Shown here in pieces: positions 58,331-64,000 of a stretch of 64,000 nt of DNA (the first letter of the stretch is position 1; every line of letters starts with the position of its first letter). Source of the DNA: Pseudomonadota bacterium (GTDB taxonomy: Bacteria; Pseudomonadota; Gammaproteobacteria; Burkholderiales; Casimicrobiaceae). The DNA lies in contig JAFEDD010000023.1 in NCBI GenBank assembly GCA_018241765.1, forward strand, positions 49,596 through 113,595, given 5' to 3'. The notes under the pieces were generated by a model that saw nothing but the letters and a program-made list of their open reading frames with translations, was not told the DNA's origin and ran no database searches. The position numbers and the translations under genes were made by a program.

Positions 58331-58756
58331 CTACAGGAATTGTTCATGCCCGAGGATGCCCATCTTGACCAGCCCCGCGCGCTGCGACGCTGCCATGACG
58401 TAGGCGACCACCGAGTACTTGGCCTGCTTGTTCGGCCGTAGATGAATCTCTGGCTGCACCGCTTGCGCCGCGGCCGCGGCCATCTTCGCTTCCAGTTCGG
58501 CGTGACTTGGAACGGGCACTCCGTTCCAGTACACGACGCTGTTTTCGTCGATGTCGACCTTGACGATTTCCGGTTCAACCAGTGGTTTGTTCGGACTCGG
58601 TGGCGGCATGTTCATGTTCACCGAGTGCAGCTGGATCGGGATCGTGATGATCAGCATGACCAAGAGCACGAGCATCACGTCGATCAACGGCGTGGTGTTC
58701 ATGTCGACCATGACGTCGTCACCGTCGCCGCTCGAAGAGCCTACGTTCATTCCCAT
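58331..58756 (-). CDS. exbD: Biopolymer transport protein ExbD (copy 2)
   Basis: MNTTPLIDVMLVLLVMLIIT. Confidence 0.92.
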   Translation of the reverse strand: MGMNVGSSSGDGDDVMVDMNTTPLIDVMLVLLVMLIITIPIQLHSVNMNMPPPSPNKPLVEPEIVKVDIDENSVVYWNGVPVPSHAELEAKMAAAAAQAVQPEIHLRPNKQAKYSVVAYVMAASQRAGLVKMGILGHEQFL

Positions 58757-58790
58757 AGGTGCAATCCTTCCTTTTGGATGCGCGCGCGGC

Positions 58791-59219
58791 TCAGTCGCGC
58801 GACGGCGGTTCGGTAAGGAACGCGATCTTCGAAATGCCGGCCGAGCGGCAAGCGAAGATCACGCGCCCGACACCATCGTAGTTGGCGCTCAGGTCGCCAC
58901 GGATGTGCACTTCGGGCTGCGGGTCCATCTTCGAGAACTTCTTCAGCCGCTCGGTGAGATCGCGAATATCCCGTATCGGGGTGTCGTACATGAACATACG
59001 CCCCTTGTTGTCGACGGAGACGACGATGTTCTCGGGCTTGGATTCCCGGATCTGGATCGTCTCTTTCGGCAGTTCGACCTTGACCGACGTCGTGACCACC
59101 GGAATGGTGATCAGGAAGATGATCAGCAACACCAGCATCACGTCCACCAGCGGTGTGGTGTTGATGGTGGAGTTGACCTCGTCGTCGTCGCCGCTCGCGC
59201 GGCCAACGTTCATGCCCAT
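58791..59219 (-). CDS. exbD: Biopolymer transport protein ExbD (copy 1)
   Basis: INTTPLVDVMLVLLIIFLIT, IRGD. Confidence 0.93.
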   Translation of the reverse strand: MGMNVGRASGDDDEVNSTINTTPLVDVMLVLLIIFLITIPVVTTSVKVELPKETIQIRESKPENIVVSVDNKGRMFMYDTPIRDIRDLTERLKKFSKMDPQPEVHIRGDLSANYDGVGRVIFACRSAGISKIAFLTEPPSRD

Positions 59220-59251
59220 GATGTAGGCTCCGCTGCGCGGGTCAGCGTGGC

Positions 59252-60142
59252 TTACTTCTTGGCGCCGGCCGCGATCAGCACCGAGTGCAGATCGGAACCA
59301 AAGCCGCGAACTTTTTCGAGCGTCGTCTTGTTGCGGCGAACGATGAAGTTGTAGCCAAGCACGGCAGGCACGGCAACGGCCAGACCGATCGCCGTCATGA
59401 TCAGCGCTTCACCGACCGGACCGGCCACCTTGTCGATGGAAGCCTGACCCGACACGCCGATTTTCACCAGGGCGTTGTAGATGCCCCACACCGTTCCGAA
59501 CAGCCCGACGAACGGAGCCGTCGAACCCACGGTGGCGAGGAACGCGAGGCCGTTCTGCATGTTGCTCTGGACGGACTCCGTGGCGCGCTGGATCGACAGC
59601 GCCACCCAATCGGACAGCCCGATCTGCGCGGCAATGCCACTGTGCTTCTTGGTTGCTTCGAGGCCCGCCTCGGCGATGAAGCGGAACGGGCTTTGTCCCT
59701 TCATGGCTTCGACGCCCTGAGCCACGCCCGGCGCGCTCCAGAACGACTTGTCCGTCTCCCTGGCCTGGCGCCCGATCTTCGAAAGCTCGATCAGTTTCGC
59801 GACCATGATGTACCAGGTGCCGACCGACATCACGACGAGGACGAGCAGCGTGATCTTGGCGACGATGTCACCTTCCGCCCACAGCGCCTTGAGGCCATAG
59901 GGGTTCTCGACCTTTTCGGTAGCGGGTTTGCCAGGTTGAAATGGGGTGGCGGCGGGCGCTGCGGCGGCCGGTGCCGCGGGCGCTGCATCCGGCGTGGCCG
60001 GCGCCGCGGGGGTAGTGGCGGCCGGCGCGCTGCTGGAAGCGGGCGCCTGCGCAAACGCACTCATCGGTGCGCTCGCTACCGAGGCGAACAACACCACACC
60101 GGCAAGCGCGGCGCTGCCGGCACGGTGAATCGCTTTTTTCAT
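59252..60142 (-). CDS. exbB: ExbB (MotA/TolQ/ExbB) with signal peptide and Ala/Pro N-terminal extension
   Basis: LATVGSTAPFVGLFGTVWGI, EALIMTAIGLAVAVPA; start at MKKAIH. Confidence 0.93.
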   Translation of the reverse strand: MKKAIHRAGSAALAGVVLFASVASAPMSAFAQAPASSSAPAATTPAAPATPDAAPAAPAAAAPAATPFQPGKPATEKVENPYGLKALWAEGDIVAKITLLVLVVMSVGTWYIMVAKLIELSKIGRQARETDKSFWSAPGVAQGVEAMKGQSPFRFIAEAGLEATKKHSGIAAQIGLSDWVALSIQRATESVQSNMQNGLAFLATVGSTAPFVGLFGTVWGIYNALVKIGVSGQASIDKVAGPVGEALIMTAIGLAVAVPAVLGYNFIVRRNKTTLEKVRGFGSDLHSVLIAAGAKK

Positions 60143-60504
60143 TTCGATGGACACGGAAGACTCCTTTTTTTGCCGCAAGGCATCATCGGCGTGCTCGACG
60201 GCACGCGACACTATGTGAGGTTGGTGAGACGGGAAAGGGCGCAATGTAACCGAGAAAGCGGGGATGCGCCAATGGCGACGTACCGCTCCAAGCCACGAAA
60301 TGGCTTGGATGCCGCAGGTTGCTGCGTCGGCGAGCCGCGAAAACCATGGGGTAGCGGCATGAACGAACACCACCGGCGCGCAATGCTCCGCGCAAGCCGT
60401 GAACGAACGACCACACTCCGCCCCGCGACGACGCCAGGTTGCACCGCGCCACATTCCTTGTGAGAAAGCGACCTTGCACCTCGTGAGTGCCGAGGGTCGC
60501 AAAT

Positions 60505-60537
60505 GACTAAAAACGGACTAAAAACGGACTAAAAACG
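60505..60537 (+). repeat. Tandem 11 bp repeat (GACTAAAAACG)x3
   Basis: Three exact copies followed by a degenerate GACTTCAGAAACG. Confidence 0.95.
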
Positions 60538-60632
60538 ACTTCAGAAACGGACGAGCCGACGGCCACCGGTTGCCGATGGCGTCGGCTCGAAAGCCGCGCG
60601 AATTATCTCAGATGTTCGCGCGGCGCCGGTCG

Positions 60633-63308
60633 TTACTTGAAGCTGTACGCGCCACGAATCCAGAAAACGCGGCCAACCGCATCGGCAAAGCGCGGGTCGT
60701 AGCCTTTCTGGAACACCGTTCCTTGATTCGAGAACGGCGGCTTCGTGTCGAACACGTTCTTCACGCCGAGCGTCACACCGAGGTTCTTCACGCCCGTCCA
60801 GGTGCCCGAAAGGTCGACCAGCGTGTACGCCTTGACATCGTTCTCGAAGCCAGGGTCGACGGCGTTCTGGTCGGTGTAGCCGGACTTGTGACGAATGTTG
60901 AGCTGAGCCGCCCACGGACCACGACTCCAACCCAGGCCGAGGACGTGCTGCCAACGGAACACCGGCGCCGAGTCGACGTAGCGACCGACGTTCGGGATAT
61001 AGGCATCACCGGCCGTGCGCTGATAGTCGTAGGAGTGGACCCAGGTGCTGTTCAACGACACGTTGAAGTTGCCTGCGGTTCCAGCGTTGAACGCGTACGA
61101 GGCGGAGAGGTCGACGCCGTCCGTTTTCACGCCACCGAGGTTGTCGTTGAGCGTGATGACATACGCGATCGCGTTGCTGTTGGTGAACTCGTTCTGGCAG
61201 CGATCGAGGTTCGCCTGTTGCGCCACCGGCAATTGCTTGCATCGCACAAAGCGCGAGGCGTATTTGACCGGATCGGCGAAGATGGCCTGCTCGGGGAACG
61301 CGCCGATCTGGTCGGTGAGCTTGATGTTCCAGTAGTCCGCCGTCAACACGACACCCTTCATCGGCTCGAAGCCGACGCCAAGCGTGAAGGTCTTCGATTT
61401 TTCCGGCTTCAGCGCGCGGTTACCGCCCTGCAGCGCCTGGGCCTGTTGGCCGCAATCGCGCGATTCGACGCCGCCTGCCGCGGGTTTGCCACCCGGGCAC
61501 AGCAACGGGTCATCGTAGGCGTCGGCGGTGAACGTCGCCGCTTGCGGACCAAACAGCTCATCGAGCGCGGGCGCGCGGAAACCAGTGTTGTACGAGCCGC
61601 GCACCACCCATGCCTGCGTCGGTTTGAAAAGGAAGCCGATCTTCGGGTTGAAGGTGCTGCCGAAGTCACTGTAGCGGTCGTAACGCGCGGCCAGTTGAAT
61701 CTCCAGCGCCTTGGTGACCGGGAGGATCATTTCGGCCGAGAGTGCGGCGACGTTGCGGTTGCCGCCCGCGTGGTAGGGCTCACGACCCAGCGACGGGATT
61801 TGCGTCACGACATCATCGATGGTGTCATTGCGATAGTCTTCCCGACGGTACTCGGCCCCGACGGAGATGGCTGCGGCGCCGCCGCCCAGATTGAACAGGT
61901 CACGCGATGCGCGCAGATCGACGCCCTTGGTCGACCCTTTCGCCACCTGACCGGTGCCGCGCATTTTGGCCGCTTGAATGGCGTCGTTGCCGGCGGCGGT
62001 CTGGTCGCCAAACGGATTCAGCAATCCGCTGGTGATGCCGGCCTGAATCATCGACTTGTTGACGTAGCCATCGGAGGGCCCGTCATCGCCGCTGCTCTGC
62101 GTCCAGTACATGCCACCACGGTAATCCCACCCGGCGACCGCGCCGGACAGGTCGACGACGGCGCGCTGGCCGACGGTGTTCGACGTGCTTTCACGCTGCC
62201 CGGCGGGCGTCATGCGCCAGCCCACGGTGATGTTGGCGTTCGGGTTGATGCCGGGGAAGGTTCGCGGGAAATACGGGCTGCTCGGGGTCATGACGAGACC
62301 GGTCACGGGGTCCGGCGCCACGCGCGCGATCGTCTCGGTCGAAGCGCGGTAGTACTCTGCCGAGAGCTTGTGGCCACCGCCGAGGTTCAATGCGCCACGC
62401 GCGAGGACGGTGACTTGCTCGACATCGGGCTGAATGTCGATGGCCGAGGTGTAGTCAAAACGACAGGTCCGCGCCGAAAGAGGCAACGAACCCAAGCCCG
62501 GCGCGCAGCCAGATGCACGCGACGGGTTGCCCGAGAAGGCGCCCGCGTTCTGCGTGAAGTTGGCCGGGAACGAGGTGCCCGAGGTGAGGAACAGCCCGCG
62601 ATCCGGAATGACGCCGGTTGCGGCGAAGGAACGATCCGTCGCCTTGATCTTGTCGGCCTGACGCCAGTCGAGCACGCCGAAGACGTTGAAGTTGTCCTTG
62701 TTGAGGTCACCGAACCCGCCCGACACCGTCGCGCGGCGCTCGCCGCCGCCGGTGTGCTGCGGCAGCTGATATTCGGCAGAAACCGTTGCACCCTGATAGT
62801 CGCTGCGCGTGATGAAGTTGATCACACCGCCGATCGCGTCGGTGCCGTAAATGGCGGACGCGCCATCACGAAGCACTTCGATGCGCTCGATCGCGGCGAA
62901 CGGAATCGCGTTCAGATCGACCGTGGAGGAATCGAAGGCGAACGAGGCGACGCGGCGACCGTTCAGCAGCACGAGCGTCTTGTTGGCGCCGAGACCACGC
63001 AGGTTGGCGTTCGATTTGCCCTGTGTGCCGCTGCCGATGACCTGGCTCGACCCCATCGTCGACTGGCTCGACGCGACGCGCTGAACCACCTGCTCGGCGC
63101 TGGTCACACCGGCCTCGCGCAACTCCTTCGCGCTCAGTACGGTGATCGGCAGCGCCGATTCGTCGGAGATCGAGCGTTTGATGTTGGAGCCGGTGATTTC
63201 AACCTTCTCGACCTTTTGCGGCTCCGACTGCGCGTACGCCGCCCCGCCCGCCATCACGGCCATCGCGTTGATGACGGCGACTGCGATGTACTTCCTTTTG
63301 ATTTGCAT
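60633..63308 (-). CDS. TonB-dependent outer membrane receptor
   Basis: Signal peptide; EKVEITGS TonB-box region; NLRGLG..KTLVLLNGRR; IERIEVLRDGASAIYG; C-terminal aromatic YSFK. Confidence 0.95.
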   Translation of the reverse strand: MQIKRKYIAVAVINAMAVMAGGAAYAQSEPQKVEKVEITGSNIKRSISDESALPITVLSAKELREAGVTSAEQVVQRVASSQSTMGSSQVIGSGTQGKSNANLRGLGANKTLVLLNGRRVASFAFDSSTVDLNAIPFAAIERIEVLRDGASAIYGTDAIGGVINFITRSDYQGATVSAEYQLPQHTGGGERRATVSGGFGDLNKDNFNVFGVLDWRQADKIKATDRSFAATGVIPDRGLFLTSGTSFPANFTQNAGAFSGNPSRASGCAPGLGSLPLSARTCRFDYTSAIDIQPDVEQVTVLARGALNLGGGHKLSAEYYRASTETIARVAPDPVTGLVMTPSSPYFPRTFPGINPNANITVGWRMTPAGQRESTSNTVGQRAVVDLSGAVAGWDYRGGMYWTQSSGDDGPSDGYVNKSMIQAGITSGLLNPFGDQTAAGNDAIQAAKMRGTGQVAKGSTKGVDLRASRDLFNLGGGAAAISVGAEYRREDYRNDTIDDVVTQIPSLGREPYHAGGNRNVAALSAEMILPVTKALEIQLAARYDRYSDFGSTFNPKIGFLFKPTQAWVVRGSYNTGFRAPALDELFGPQAATFTADAYDDPLLCPGGKPAAGGVESRDCGQQAQALQGGNRALKPEKSKTFTLGVGFEPMKGVVLTADYWNIKLTDQIGAFPEQAIFADPVKYASRFVRCKQLPVAQQANLDRCQNEFTNSNAIAYVITLNDNLGGVKTDGVDLSASYAFNAGTAGNFNVSLNSTWVHSYDYQRTAGDAYIPNVGRYVDSAPVFRWQHVLGLGWSRGPWAAQLNIRHKSGYTDQNAVDPGFENDVKAYTLVDLSGTWTGVKNLGVTLGVKNVFDTKPPFSNQGTVFQKGYDPRFADAVGRVFWIRGAYSFK

Positions 63309-63543
63309 GTGAGTTTCCCCGTTTGGTGACAAGAACTGACTCGCGCATTCTGCACGGCGCCGCGCTTGCTGTCAGCCCCCTGTCAGCCGTGGCCGCGCCG
63401 CGACGGGTGCGTGCAACGCTGGTGTCTCGCCTGCGCTCGGCGGGCAACAATTTGATTCGATTGATGTTTTTTTGATCGCACGCGCGCTCGGAGCGGGCGT
63501 TCGCGGCCGCTTGGCCCGCCGTTCGCCGCACATGTCATTGATC

Positions 63544-63658
63544 AACTTTTCGTTCAAATGACCTTCATAAAGGGCTTTCAGCGATATTTTCGCCAAAGTC
63601 GACTTTCGGCATATTTCGCACCAAAGCCCGTTATGGATGCGGCTTTTCATGCAAAGTT
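63544..63658. repeat. ~115 bp dispersed palindrome, copy E
   Basis: AACTTTT...TTCATAAAGGGCTT-23-dyad AAAGTC|GACTTT(63600/1)-23-AAGCCCGTTATGGATGC...AAAGTT. Confidence 0.92.
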
Positions 63659-63938
63659 GCTTGCGATTCGTTGTACCGCTGCAACAGGGGGCACGGGGCC
63701 GGGCGTCAGCGGCGCGGCCGACCCTTGTCCGTTGGGACGAACGACGACAGATTGCGACCGGCGTCGACCGGAATTCGGGCCGCTTGGCGTACGATTGCGC
63801 ACTGCCTCGGGGGCGTCAAGGCCACGTCGCCGCAACGCGCGGAACGTGCCGCCCAGTGGGGAACGCCCCGCGCCAGCAGGTCGCGCGCCGCCCCGCTCGC
63901 TCCTCGAACCGGAACTCACGCAATCGGAGGGACTTCCC

Positions 63939-64000
63939 ATGAAAAGACTCACGCTGGCGGTCACGCTGGCCACCCTGTCACTCGGCGCGGTCACCGTGGC
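63939..64000 (+). CDS. Start of an exported protein, truncated by window edge
   Basis: RBS GGAGG then MKRLTLAVTLATLSLGAVTV signal peptide. Confidence 0.7.
   Translation, partial: MKRLTLAVTLATLSLGAVTV

Noticed and set aside
60142-60500. Riboswitch in the long region upstream of exbB or the TonB receptor
   Set aside because: Some hairpins are present, but I could not recognise cobalamin, TPP or other conserved riboswitch cores.
60570-63329. 919 aa plus-strand ORF
   Set aside because: Antisense shadow of the TonB-dependent receptor with no motifs; expected in high-GC coding DNA.

Overview
GC-rich, chromosome-like window from a betaproteobacterium (inferred from gene content). It contains no intact mobile element, CRISPR array or rRNA. 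In order: 3' part of an aromatic aminotransferase, tRNA-Gly and tRNA-Cys, an SDR, a secreted delta-60 repeat protein, a dppBCDFA peptide ABC operon and dnaB. Next is an ~11 kb FNR-box-preceded heme-copper oxidase locus. Its catalytic subunit has Gln in place of the active-site Tyr (eNOR-like nitric oxide reductase) and it is followed by unusual redox/assembly genes. After that come an oxidative sugar-acid catabolic region with a TRAP transporter, an ECF sigma module, an NRAMP transporter, a TetR-RND efflux locus, a LytTR two-component pair, ppa, pcnB-folK-fimV-like, blc, and a TonB-ExbB-ExbD2/TonB-dependent receptor locus. Two things stand out. (1) A dispersed ~115 bp intergenic palindrome occurs five times. 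Four copies keep exact 23 bp and 52-53 bp spacing around a TCGA dyad, with helically phased A/T tracts, while the spacer sequence diverges. (2) The eNOR-like operon carries two diheme cytochrome b fusion proteins, a degenerate second oxidase subunit I and a variant heme A synthase. All product calls come from motif recognition by eye; no database searches were run.
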